DNA of 64,000 bases from Rhizaria sp. SCN 62-66 (taxonomy: Eukaryota). A program made the translations under genes and the position numbers. Numbering within the stretch: position 1 is the first letter of the stretch; every line of letters begins with the position of its first letter. The notes beneath the pieces were generated by a model. The model ran no database searches. It was not told the DNA's origin and saw nothing but the letters and a program-made list of their open reading frames with translations. The stretch is from positions 1-64,000 of the forward strand of contig MEDY01000181.1 of assembly GCA_001724265.1 (NCBI GenBank), given 5' to 3'. Positions 24,697 to 36,535 of the stretch are shown in pieces.

Positions 24697-26085
24697 ATGA
24701 GTGCGCCCGGCGCTGGCTATTCTATGGCAGGGGGCCACTACGGGCCTCCGCCCGCATCGCATGCCGTCACAACGACGCACACCTCCACAGGCGACGCATC
24801 AGCACACAGCTCATCGTTGCACTTGCGCTCCAAACGCCCGCGCAGCCGCAGCCGCGACCGCAGCCGCAGCCACAGCCCCGGGCGCGGTCCCAGCCGTGAT
24901 TGGGAGCGCGACCGTGACCGTGGCCGTGACCGTGACCGCGACCGGGAGCATCGCGAGCGCGAGCGCGACTATGACCGCGACCGTGGCCGCAGCACCCGCG
25001 ACCGTGACCGTGACCGTGACCGCGACCATCGCAGGGGTGGAGACCGAGACCGCGACCGGGACCGTGACCGTAATGATCGTGGGCGGGGCTACGACAACAG
25101 GGGCTACGACAGCAGCGGCCGTGAGCGTGAGCGTGACCGTGAGCACGGCCGCAGTGGTCGCGACAGCAGCGTCCGCCACGGCGGCCACCGGGAGCGTTCG
25201 CGCTCACGGTCGCCGCGCTCACAGTCACGCACAAGGTCGCACTCGCGGTCACACTCACGGTCGCGCTCGCGCTCACGGTCACCTCGCCATCACAATACCC
25301 GTGACCGTGAGTACGACCGTGACCGTGAGCGCAGCGGCCGTCGCGGCGGCTACGACAGCGGCAAATACGACAGCAGCCGTGGCGGTCACGACCGTGAGCG
25401 TGACCGCGAGCGTAGGGTTGACCGTGAGCGTGACCGTGAGCGTGAAGGTGGATTCTCCCGTCCCACGGGCCACAATCACAATCAAGGTATCAGTCGCACG
25501 CACAGTCTCAGCCGCAATCATAGCCAGAGTCATACTCATGGTGCTCCAGCTCATGGCACTGTCGCTGCAACCGCACCAGCGTCAACGTCAACAACCGCGT
25601 TTGCGCCCGCTGCGCCTGAGAATGCACCGCAGCTTCTCTCGACGCTGTCACCGTTGCTCTACGCTACACTTGCGCCCCCCGCACTGCCCGCCTCCGCTGC
25701 GGCTCGCACGCACGCGCCCACTGCGTCGACCGCTGCAACTGCACTTGCAGCCGATAGTGCTGCTGCAGCTGCAGCTGCGTCGGCGGAGCGTGTGTGGGCG
25801 GCCGTGGTGGTCGCCGCCGCGCCCGAGCGCGTGGTGGCCGCGCGCGACGCCCTGCTGCGCGCGCTGTCGCAGCACCCGCGCACAGCGCCCTGGCTGCGCG
25901 CCGCCGCCCCCGCCGCCGCAGACGCGCTCGCCACGGCCGCCGCGGCCTCCGCGCCGCTGCCGCCGCCCGCGCCCGTGCTGCTGCTGCTCGCGCACCAGCT
26001 TGTCGTCTACTTCGCGCCCCGCGCCGCCGCCGTCAGCGCCAGCGCCACTGGCGCGCCCGGCGCGCAAGCAACCGCGGCGGCGGCA

Positions 26086-26125
<40 letters not shown>

Positions 26126-29100
26126 GCAGCGAGGCCGCGGCCGCGGACTCCGCGGCGGTGGCGCTGGTGCTGCTGGCTTGCCAGGCCGCCGTCGGCTGCG
26201 GCGTTGCGGCGACGGTCCCCGCCACGCCGGCCGACGCCGTCGCACTTGCGCGCGCGCTGCTGCCGCCCGTGGCGACTGCGACAATTGCGGCAAGCCACGC
26301 TGTCGCTGACGGCGATGATGCGGCTGCTGTGACTAAGGCGCACGCCTCTGTGTACGCTGCTGAGGCCGGCGCGTGCTCAGGGTTTCAGCAGCAGGCGCGC
26401 ATGGAGACGCTCCGCTCCACGTCATCCGCAGCTGTCACCAAGTCTAGCGGCGGCGTTGCCCTGACAGCAGTTGCCTCTGCGGAGACTGCGCTGTGCGCAC
26501 AGGCTGCCGTCGCCGCGGGTGCGCGCGCTCTCGAGCGCGGCCGCCACGGCGCGCTGCCTTTTTTTACCACCATCTCTGTTCCCCACAGCAGCAGTCACAG
26601 CAAGGCTTCTATGAGCGCTGCGCAGAGCGCGAGCTCCGGCGTCGTCAGCGCCTGCGCGGGCACGCGCGGTGCTAGCAGTGGCAGTGTGTGGGTGTGCGGC
26701 GGCGTGGACAGGGACCGCGACTGCGACCGCGAGCGCGGCGGCGAAGCTGAGGCCAACGCCGCCGCGGCCGCCGCTGCAGCCACGGCGGCCGCGGCGGCAG
26801 ACGGCGGCGGCAGCGGCTGCGACCATGACGGCGCCGATAGCAATAGCAACACTAACACGAGCGCGAACGCGAACGGCGCCAGCGCGAGCGACGGCGTCCC
26901 CGCTGCTGACGCGGCTGCTGCGGCAGCGACGACCACGGCGACAGCGACTGGGGGGGCGGCTGTAACTGCGGGTGCGAACACGCGCACCGCGAGTGGTGGC
27001 GCCGCCGGTGGCGGTGACGGCGCGATCGGACAGGGCGCATACGGCCGCGTGTTCAAATCCTCACTGCCCGCCGCATTCGACACTGCAACTGCTGCTGCTG
27101 CCGCCCCCAGTGTCAGTGACAGCAACAGCAATTGCAGCAGCGCGAGCGGTGCGGACCGCGTGACCGTGGCTGTGAAGCTGGTGCCGCAGATGCCCGACGG
27201 CGCGTCGCTGCTGCTCATTCGCGAAGCCCGCCTGCTACGCTTGTTGTCCCGCTACCAGCACCGCCGCACCGCCGCTGCCGCCGCACCGGTCCACGGCATT
27301 GCTTCGACTGCAACTGCGGCCGTGAGCGGTGACAGCGGGGAGCCCGGCGCGACGGTGGCGCTGCTGCAGTGCGGCGTGGATACGAGCACCGCGGCCGCGG
27401 CGGCCGCCGCGCTGCGCACGGCCGCGCGTGCCGCGAGTGCTGGTCTCGATCCCGCCGTCCCGACCACTAATAAGACCGCGGACGCCGCCAGTGGTGCTCG
27501 AACCGCTGCTGCGAGTGCGGCGGCGAGCGCGACGCGGAGTGCGAGTGAGATTGCGACACTGGCCGACCGCGCTGTCGCCGACGCGCTGCGCCCGCTGCGG
27601 CCGCCCTCGAAGCGATCACGCCACGCCAGCGCCAGCCCCAGCGCAAGTGACAGCGTGAGCGCGTGGGTGTGTCCGCCGACGGGGCTACTGCTGGCTCAGG
27701 CGCAGCGTGGCGGCGAGGATGTCGCGAGCCTGGCCAGCGCGGAGGCCGTGGCCGCCGCGGTGGCCACCGCCGCCTGCGCCTCGCTGCTCGAGCCAGCGTG
27801 CCCGCTCGCCGCGCACTGGGCGGCGCACTGCAGCAGCAGCATTAGCAGCGACAAGAGCCAGTGTGATGACGATAGCAAGGGTGCCGATGCTGCTGCAGCG
27901 AACGCTATTGCGACCGCGAATGCAGCGCCTCAGTTTTCGTCGCTGACGCTGTCGTCTGCGCTGCCCGCGCGCGCCCCGCTGGCATTGTCGTTCCGCTTTG
28001 CGCACTACGACCTGGCGGGTCTGCTGCACGCGCCGGCGCCTGCGGGCCCGTTCCTGCCGTTCGCGCTGACCAAGTACCTGTGCTGGGCGCTGCTGCGCGC
28101 GCTGGCGGGCTGCCACGCGCGCGGCGTCTGGCACCGCGACGTTAAGGCCGCCAACGTGCTCGTCTCGCGCGCAGGCGCCGTCGCGCTCGCCGATCTGGGG
28201 CTGTCGCGCGCCGTGCCCTCGTGCGCAGAGGCCTCCGCGGCCGTCGCGCGCGCGGGGCTGACGAACCGCGTCGTCACACTGTGGTACCGCGCGCCGGAGC
28301 TACTGCTCGGCGCGGCCCGGTATGACGGCGCCGCGGTCGACGTGTGGGCCGCGGCGTGCGTGCTGATGGAGCTGCTTAACGGAGGGAACGTCTTCCGCGG
28401 CGGCGGCGGCGCGGGTGCCGAGGTCGAGCAGTTGGGCAAAGTCTTTGCGCTCTGCGGGTCACCGACTGCCGAGTCCTGGCCAGAGCTCGCCACTGTCTGG
28501 GTACGTAACAATCCATGCTTTATTCCTTCATATGTACAGTATCTGAATAATGTCGTGTTGAATTGTGTTTTTAAATCGTTGTTCCCTCAAAATTCTAATC
28601 TTTCGTGTATCTTTCATTGTTTTGTGTTGCTTCTCATCTCTTCAATGTACGCTACCACAGGACCCTGCGAGCCTGCGTGTGGGTATGCACTGCTCACGGC
28701 AACTGCACAACCTCTTCCGCATCGTCCCCGCCGCCGCGATGCGCGCGCAGCCCTTTGCCTCCGCCCCCGGAGGCGTCTTCTACCCCACCTCGGCCCCGCG
28801 CCCCCTCGAGCTGCCTTCCGTCTCGGCTACAGCCTCACACTCAGCCTCCGCCTCTGCGGTGCCCGTGCTGCCCCCGCACATCACGCTCCCGCCCCCCGGC
28901 CCCGCCAGCGGCCACGGCGCAGCGGACGCGGCCGGCTCCGGTGGACTGTGCGCGGCGGGCATTGCGGACCCGCGCGCCATGGCGACCCCGCAGGCGTTGG
29001 CGCTGCTCGAGGCCTGTCTCACACTGCGGCCCAAGGCGCGGCCCTCGGCGGCGGCACTGCTGGGGCACGCGTTCTTCACGCAGGAGGAGCCGGTGCTGCC

Positions 29101-29209
29101 GACGCAGAGGCAGGCGGCCGAGATGCTGCGCGCCGCGTTCGGGGACTGCGGGGAGCTGCACGAGCTGGCGGCCAAGACCGCCGCCAGGGCCAAGGGAGTG
29201 CGCAAGTGA
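24697..29209 (+). CDS. Cyclin-dependent kinase of the CDK9/12/13 (CDKC-like) group with N-terminal RS/RD-rich domain; exons 24697-28500 and 28661-29209
   Basis: IGQGAYGRVFK, VAVKLV, LIREARLL, YDLAGLL, HRDVKAANVLV, ADLGLSR, LTNRVVTLWYRAPELLLGAARY, DVWAAACVLMELL; after the intron, LALLEACLTLRPKARPSAAALLGHAFF; stop TGA. Confidence 0.85.
24840..25446 (+). repeat. Coding low-complexity (CGT GAC)n / RS-RD-RE dipeptide repeats
   Basis: Repeated gaccgtgaccgc and cgtgagcgtgac units encoding the RD/RE/RS domain of the kinase. Confidence 0.85.
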
Positions 29210-29379
29210 GCTGCGACAGAAAACGAACGAATCTGTGACAAAAGTTTAAAGATTAACTTATTTCCGTGATTTACAAGTGTTTTGTCATCAATACGCACTT
29301 GTCATACAATTTACTGTTTATATGAAGGTACTTGTATATTTTTATTAACGAGTATTTGTTTTTCTTGTTGTTTACAAAG

Positions 29380-29680
29380 TTTTAACATCAATAACAGAGC
29401 ATGCATCATTACGCCAGTTACGTTGCGCGAGCGCAATAGTGGACTCGTGCACGACCTCCGCGGGCACGGCCGCGATGCTGCAGTGCGCCACGTTGGCCTC
29501 GATGGCGCCCGCGCGATCTCGTAAGGCCGCGTCGTGCAGCGCCGTCCAGCCCTGGTGGTTGCGCAGCAGCGGGTTGGCGGTTGGCGCCCGCGCGCAGCAG
29601 CGCCTACGCCACGACCGTGAAGCCGTCGGCGGCCACGTGCGACAGTGGCGTTTTGCACAGCGCCTTGCGCACGTTGATTT
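29380..29680 (-). pseudogene. Frameshifted ankyrin-repeat gene fragment (copy 2, paralogous to 13200-13700)
   Basis: LCKTPLSHVAADGFTVVA*ALLRAGAN followed, after the same 7-bp duplication (29573-29586), by PLLRNHQGWTALHDAA...AIEANVAHC. Clear nucleotide similarity to copy 1. Boundaries are approximate. Confidence 0.65.
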
Positions 29681-31282
29681 TTAGATCTATTGCCACAGAC
29701 AACTTGGCAGACTGTTTAGCGATACCTGTGATTGTGTGAGCACACTCGCCGCTGGGGGTGGTTTCACGAGGAGCACCGACCGTAGCAGCTTTTTCGACTG
29801 CCTCAATTGTACCGAAGGCCACCTCGGAGCCGTCATTGCGGACATGAAACGAAACTTCGGCGTCAGTAGATCTGGTGGAACCCTTCACAGAGCGTGGGAT
29901 GCGTGTCATCACGTCAACTCTTGATATGTTAAGCACCGAAGCGAGTGGGCTGTTTTCCTATGAGCTTGTCGACTCACTCTTTTGATGGGGCGCGCTCTAC
30001 ACTATTTCTCAGGCCTACGAGCCGGCTTGCTTGAGTGTCAGGAGCATTGGCGGCAAGTACCACGATAAGACTTTGGGCGTGCGCCCCGGTGCGTTTGTGC
30101 TCCTCCAGCCAATACCCACGTGCATCGACGGTCAGAGTCTTAGATTAATGTGCAAGCGCGTGACTTAACTATAGTACATGTTGTTGCTGTGATTAACTTG
30201 AGGATAGATGTTTAGGAGTAGTTCAAAGACGCCATGTTGTCATGTCTTTTTTTATCTTGATAGTTGCATAGTACGTACGTATGGTACAATGAAGAACACT
30301 TCAAGTCAGACTACAAATCATAAACACTCGGATAATTTACGTGTAATCTTATTTCAAGCATCTGTACATCATCTATGCGTTCTATTTGTGCATGACATGC
30401 CGAAACTGGGCTGGCGTGATCGTGATTTTGGTGTTTTGTGCGTACACTGGCAAGCACTTACGTTTAACGCAAGTGGTACGCATGAGATGAGGCATTGTGT
30501 GTGTGTTGTTGATAAAAGAGTGATTTTATACTGTATTTGCGTCATTTCGTGTTTTCCGAATTTTGATGTGTGCATCCACAAATGTTTAGGTTTGCTCTGT
30601 TTCACGAGATACCGAAATGATGACAACAAGGAAAAATCATTTAAGCATGCAGAGGGAAGAATATATGCACGTACCAGACGAAGTGTTATTGGATTCAAAT
30701 GAGAAAAATGATTTTAACTACGATTTTAAATTACTTTTTCCGTGCGCGGACATATCATGATGCAGTGCTCCGAATGTTTGTGGGTTACACGAGGAGAAGT
30801 TGTTGATCGATTGATTAAAAGTCTTGTTGTATTGAGATACATGTATAGATAAAGCTAGTTATAGCGGCGGCGCGCAAGCCCCAATGTTTAGTCGTCATCG
30901 AGACGTGATCACGGGTTACGTGAGTTTGGGGGCGGGCGCGGGGGAAGCGAGAGGGTGATGATTTGTTGGTTCAAGAGACCTGCACATGCGACGGAGAACA
31001 CGTGGGTTTCGGCACGTAGCTGCAGTGTAGCGTGTGTGCGCGCGGCGAGAGGGACGGGCGCCAAACGGGCGTCCCTGTCCCTACAAGAGTCCGCGGGCGG
31101 CGACGAGAGCGAGACATAAGTGAAAAATAAAGAAACTATTGACAGGACAAAGCAAGCGAGCATGTGAGCGGGAGCGCACGCACAACTCACAGAGGCGACG
31201 ACAGCACAGCACAAAATAACACACACAATGGGCGTATATACTCGTACACTGCGGAGTGTGTGTGCGTGTCGATGTCGCGCGC

Positions 31283-31765
31283 TTAATCGTGGAAGTACTC
31301 GAAGTCGTTGTCCATGCCGAGCACGACGATGTCCTCGGCGGTGGGGCGCCACTGCGAGCCGGAGGTCATGTAGCCCCAGTACAGGGCCTGGTGCGCCATG
31401 CGCGCGAGCGCGGCCTGATCGTTGGTCCACTCAGGCACGGGGAGGTGGTACGGCTGGTCCCACATGTTATCCTTGTCGACGCCGAGGGGCTCGACCTGGC
31501 CCTGGGGACCAAGCTGCTGCACCTCGCTCTCCTTGGGCGCGCGCACGATCGTGTGGCGCTTGTAGAAGTTGGTGTTAAACTCGAGCTCGGGGTACGAGCG
31601 GATCGTGTTCTCCACCTGGTCGCGGGGACGGCTCGACAGCGGCTTGATCGCCGCGTAGTCCTTGGCGCGGTTGAAGTAGGGCAGGTTGTTAGCCTGAATG
31701 AGCCAGCGCTCCTTGAACGCGTCGGCGGCCTTGGTCACCACACTGGCAGAGCGGCGCTTCGACAT
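31283..31765 (-). CDS. Small conserved-looking protein (~160 aa); weak resemblance to complex I accessory subunit NDUFA7/B14.5a
   Basis: Strong GC3-biased codon usage; ATG follows a pyrimidine-rich acceptor-like ...TCGTAG, with a possible 5-codon first exon at 31901-31887. The segment RAKDY...P...SYPELEFNTNFYKR recalls plant B14.5a from memory only. Stop TAA. Confidence 0.55.
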   Translation of the reverse strand: MSKRRSASVVTKAADAFKERWLIQANNLPYFNRAKDYAAIKPLSSRPRDQVENTIRSYPELEFNTNFYKRHTIVRAPKESEVQQLGPQGQVEPLGVDKDNMWDQPYHLPVPEWTNDQAALARMAHQALYWGYMTSGSQWRPTAEDIVVLGMDNDFEYFHD

Positions 31766-32795
31766 CTACGAGGCACGGTACAAGAGAGAGTGAACAAGAT
31801 TATAAAGACGGTTAGAGGTTGCACAAGGAATGATTAGGCGCGCTGAGGCACTGAATAGAGAAGCTGGCTCAAGAGCGTTCATTGACTGGGAAGGTGGCCA
31901 TCTTCGAGACGTTCGCACACCGGTATTTCGCTCGCAGGAGTGCTTAAAACAAATTTATCAGGTAGTTCACTCAAATAACTATATCATATTGCGACAAAAA
32001 ATTATCCTACAAAGCCTAGCTGCTGCGGCAGACGTTGCAAGATCTTTAGTGAGTTGGGCTGGGCGGGCGCGGAAAGTTAAGCCGCGCGATCGGTCGGCCA
32101 GTCAAGACTGACTTGAGCCACAGTGTGGCAGGCAGGTTGGGACTAGCCAGAGAGGGGTTAGAGGGGTGGTGATAAGAGGCTAAATCTCGCGACGGGTCCG
32201 CCAGGCCGCGGTATATCTGCCCGGAATAGACCCAGTGGACGCGGGATTATCATGTGAGAATGCGGGTATGCTACCGATGGTGCGGGTTTCCTTTCTACGG
32301 GGGTGCCTTAATTCGACCGGGTACCAGAGGGTTTGTTGTGCTGAGTCACTTTGCTCTTTTCACATCTCTGTCCACGTACTTCGCCACCGAGTGATCTGTT
32401 GCAGAGTTTCTGTGATGTGTCATTGCACGACACGCTTAGTGGCAGTGCCTCGTCACTTATAGTGCGGTTTATGCTCTCCAGAGCCCGCGTTGATGGGCTG
32501 CAGCTGGCCGCGTCCACAATCACAACCACATGCTTGAGCAACACACTATATCTTTCCTCCAACACTACTAATCACTCGTGTTGTTCCTCCGCATTACTGC
32601 TTCTGGTGTTTTATTACAATTTATTTTATCTACATTGTGCTGATGCGCGGTTATCGCGCTATATCTTGCTCCGCCTCCGCATGACCTTCTCCTTGTCCAC
32701 AAACTCACTTTCTTTCCATTGCTTCGCCCCATTCCTTGCCCTGTCGTCTCTTCATTTTGCTGCTATCACCTCTGCTACCCCTATGCAGTACTGCT

Positions 32796-33703
32796 ATGGT
32801 ACGCCTAACGCCAGAAACTCTCCCGCGCGCTCTCTCAGTCTTAACTGCTCCCTTTGGTGATCTTCAGCACACTCACAAAACTTCTCTCTTTTTCTTCACT
32901 GTCACTTCTCTTTGCCCTCGACACCCCCGCTTCTGCCTCAACGCCACAGTTCCTCGTTAGTTGGTTCTGGAACACGCTTAACTACCTCGGTCTGTCCAAG
33001 AAGTCCGCCCGCATCCTATTCGTCGGCCTCGACAACGCGGGCAAGACGACGCTGCTGCACATGCTGCGCGACGACAAGCTGCTGCTGCACGAGCCCACCC
33101 GCCACCCGCAGGCCGAGGAGCTGGTCATCGGCAACATCCGCTTCGACGCCTACGACATGGGCGGCCACCAGGCCGCGCGTCGTCTCTGGGCGCAGTACCT
33201 CGCCGGCGCCGACGGGCTCATCTTCCTCGTCGACGCTGTCGATGAGGCTCGGTACGCTACATTATCACACATATACCGCGATGTATTCGTGCATTTGCTC
33301 TCAACAAAGTGAAATTGTTATGATGTGTATTTCTCTCTAAGATTCGTACAAGTTCACTCTCGTTATTTCCTCATCGCGTTTTTTTTTTCTTCTCTTTCCT
33401 TTTTTTTTTTTTTTTCTTCTGACCCACAGCTTCGCCGAGGCCAAGACTGAGCTCGAAAGCCTGATGTCCGAGCCCGCTCTGGGCAACGTCCCGATTGCGC
33501 TGCTGGGCAACAAGATCGACATCAAGGGCGCGTACACTGACGTCCAGCTCACGCAGTCGCTCGGCCTCACTGAGCAGCTCACCGGCAAGGCTGCGAAGCC
33601 TGTGCCCGAGGGCACGCGTCCTATGGAGATGTTTATGTGCTCCATCGTCAAGCGCTCCGGCTACCAGGACGCCTTCAAGTGGCTCGCCAACTACCTCCCG
33701 TAA
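32796..33703 (+). CDS. SAR1: Small GTPase SAR1 (COPII); exons 32796-32798 (ATG only), 32950-33251, 33430-33703
   Basis: MFLVSWFWNTLNYLGL, GLDNAGKTTLLHML, PTRHP, DMGGHQAARRLW, LGNKID, RPMEMFMCSIVKRSGYQDAFKWL; GTACGC donors; stop TAA. Confidence 0.95.
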
Positions 33704-34755
33704 GCGCGACATCGGGCGGCTGCGAGGAGCGAGCGCACGCGTGACCAGTAGTACTCAGCAACTAGCGGGACATGATGCGAGAGGATGATAGATATTTACT
33801 GAGATTTACAAACAGGAACAAACACCAAACACATAGCAATGACAAACAAACAGCAACAACCATAACATCTACAAATATCACAAGCGCGCGCTTCGATGAC
33901 AACATCTTTGCAAGTTACACCGCAGCGGGGGCGCAGTCGCAGTCGGCCGGACTGGTGACTGGCGCACTGGCCGGACTGACTGTGTGCAGACTTGCCAGAC
34001 TGACTGACGGACTAACTGACTGGCTGGCTTTGCGCCAACTGGTTGACTCGCTATAGACGAATAGACGGACGAGTAGCGCGGGCTTAGACTCCACCTCTCG
34101 GTGGCGAGGGGTGGGCGACAATTCTTTAAACCAAATCACTAATATAGAACCATTCACTTTTTTAAAGCATCGTCTAACAATTAAAGTACAATTTTATTGA
34201 CGACGCCCATATTTCACTTTGACATGCAGCATTTATGCATCTTATATTGGCAAATATCGATGGTGTCACGCTGAACGCATTTGTGGTGACTGACCGAGGG
34301 CTAGCACGAGGCAAAAAAAAGAGCATGACATTTTGAAATCAAGCATTCTGAGCTGAAAGTTCCATTTACGCCGATATTGAGATAATATGATATAGGAAAC
34401 TAAAGGAAGTGCTGTTTTCCGCGTTGGTTTTTACTCAGAATACTGTCACATTGTCGAAAGTCATGCTTCGAGTCATGCTCTTGGCTGAGGTCGACGTGCT
34501 ATCAAATTTGCTTCTGGTGTTGCATTTTCGTTGGCATTGGCGCTATCTGTGGAAATCCTTTGCGGCACTGCACAATACTACAGACAGCCGATGTTGTATC
34601 ATGTTACTCAATTCACATTCGGACTTTGTCTCATGCCTCATATCTGCAGTTTCTTTTCTCCTCCAGGCTCCTTCACGTTCCTCGCTCTCGCTCGAGCCTC
34701 ACCCCCGAACCAAAATCCACGCCGGCCTCTTTCCCCGGCCCACCTTGCGCCCGCG

Positions 34756-36072
34756 ATGTCGTACGTGGACGACGCGACGTACGCGCGGCAGCTCCAGAAC
34801 GAGGAGTTCGCCGCCGTCGGGCTCTCCCCGCTGTCCTTCGCCTCCAACAACGACGCCGCCTCCGCCGTGTCCTCCGTCGACAACAACTTCCACAGCCTCG
34901 ACGGCAGTAGCGCTAACAACGCCAACAACAACAGCGGCAACGCGGATTTGCCCTCGCAGTCGCGCCGCTCGCGCAGCGGCCGCGTCCGTGGCGCTCGCGG
35001 CGGCTACCAAAATCTCTCCCCTTCGGACTCTGACGACGACAACGCCCACCCCGCGAGCAACAACCACAGCGGAAGCGGCGGCGCAAACGCAGGCGTCAAC
35101 GACGTGGAGCGCCAGGCGGGTCTCTCCCGCGCCGGCTCCGTCTCCCGCAGCGGCAACGGCGGCGGCGGCGACGACGGCAACGCGTCGCGCGCAGTGCAAA
35201 TGACAGTGGCGGCGAGTCTGACCACAGCGAGCTCCCGCGCGCCGCGTATCGTGTACCTGTACCTGGCGTGGGCCGCGGTCGAGCTCACGGTTACCCTTAC
35301 TGTGCTGATTGCGGAGCGCAACTCATACTGCGCACAGCCGCTGTCGGCGTGGATCGCGGGCCACACGTCGCGACTGCTGCTGCTAGTGCCGATGTACCTG
35401 CGCCGAGTGCGCGGGGTCGCAGAGACCGAGGCCGAGGCGCGCCTGCAGTCCTGGCTTAGGCTCGCCGACTTTATCTGGTTCATTTTCGGCCAGTCGTGGT
35501 TCTTCGAGGCCGAGGCGTGCCGCGCGACGGCGCCGCATCTGTACAACTGGTCGCTCGCGCTCGTGGTGCTGATGTACGCCGAGATGCTGGCGCCGCTGCT
35601 GCTGCTCATCTGCATCTGCTTCTGTCTGCCTTGCGTGCTCATTCTCATGCGCATCTTTGCCACGTCGCCCGGCGCGTCGAACGACCAGATCACCGTGCTG
35701 CCGACGATCAAGTACGACCCCGCGACGTACCAGCGTCTCGGTCGCATCCCACCTCGCACAGCAACAGCGACATCGTCCAACGCCGAGGCACACTCGGCCG
35801 ACGACGACGCAAGCGTGGCCGCGGGCGCGGACGGCGCTGCGACTGCGGCTGCGCCGGCGATTGCGGCGGAGGACGACGGGAACACGCCGTCGTGCGCCAT
35901 CTGCATCGGCGACTTCGCGCCGGGGGACGAGCTGCGCCGGCTCCCCTGTCAGCACGACTTCCACACTGACTGCGTCGATAAGTGGCTCGCCGTCAACGCG
36001 ACGTGCCCGCTATGCCGCGCATCTATCCGCGCGCAGCCCGCGCAGGGCGCGGAGATTGACGCACACTCGTGA
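34756..36072 (+). CDS. Multi-pass membrane RING-H2 E3 ubiquitin ligase with an N-terminal ubiquitin-binding-like (MIU) helix
   Basis: C-terminal CAICIGDF...LRRLPCQHDFHTDCVDKWLAVNATCPLCR; about four hydrophobic segments including WFIFGQSWFF and LLLICICFCLPCVLILM; N-terminal DDATYARQLQNEE; stop TGA. Confidence 0.9.
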   Translation: MSYVDDATYARQLQNEEFAAVGLSPLSFASNNDAASAVSSVDNNFHSLDGSSANNANNNSGNADLPSQSRRSRSGRVRGARGGYQNLSPSDSDDDNAHPASNNHSGSGGANAGVNDVERQAGLSRAGSVSRSGNGGGGDDGNASRAVQMTVAASLTTASSRAPRIVYLYLAWAAVELTVTLTVLIAERNSYCAQPLSAWIAGHTSRLLLLVPMYLRRVRGVAETEAEARLQSWLRLADFIWFIFGQSWFFEAEACRATAPHLYNWSLALVVLMYAEMLAPLLLLICICFCLPCVLILMRIFATSPGASNDQITVLPTIKYDPATYQRLGRIPPRTATATSSNAEAHSADDDASVAAGADGAATAAAPAIAAEDDGNTPSCAICIGDFAPGDELRRLPCQHDFHTDCVDKWLAVNATCPLCRASIRAQPAQGAEIDAHS

Positions 36073-36535
36073 GGGGACAGTCGCACTGTCACTTAATGCA
36101 CTTGACCATGAGTGAACACTGAGTGGGGCCGGGGGATTTCTTTACAATAGTTTTAACATTGACTCCAACTAATATAATACACTAGATTAAAACAGTTTAT
36201 TTTATCTTGCTGTAACATTTTTCATCTTGAAGTGTGAACATTGCGAGTTTATATCCGCGCTACTCTGTCAGACACTGGTCAGATGACAAACAGTGGCCAA
36301 CGACTGCGAAAGTCATCTCGTCTCGGCTTCGCAAATTTGACTTATACTGAATGACTGTGATCGTCAAATCGAAATACAACGACTGAGTGGAAATTAAATG
36401 TGCATTTAACGCTATATAACTTATTTGTTTCTCATATAATTCAGGTGTACATCATATCTCACCGATCTGCGGCGCTCTCGGTCTCCCCAATATTGCCTCT
36501 TCAAACCGCGTACAGGTCGGACGCGCCTCACACCA

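Noticed and set aside
28501-28660. The 1513-aa ORF 24697-29238 as a single-exon kinase
   Set aside because: The ORF reads through an AT-rich GTACGT...CACAG intron by chance. The kinase C-terminal subdomain is in another frame and is restored by splicing.
30340-30500. Short minus-strand frame with ITPAQFRH resembling a tyrosine-recombinase motif, containing two TAGs
   Set aside because: Too short, AT-rich and lacking other recombinase motifs; likely chance. The overlapping ORFs 30208-30702 and 30369-30698 also lack host codon bias.
32150-32170. Telomere-like GGGGTTAG word
   Set aside because: Single occurrence with no tandem array.
33930-34070. Degenerate (GACT/GGCT)n repeats downstream of SAR1
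   Set aside because: Simple low-complexity 3' flanking sequence without regular spacers or clear structure.
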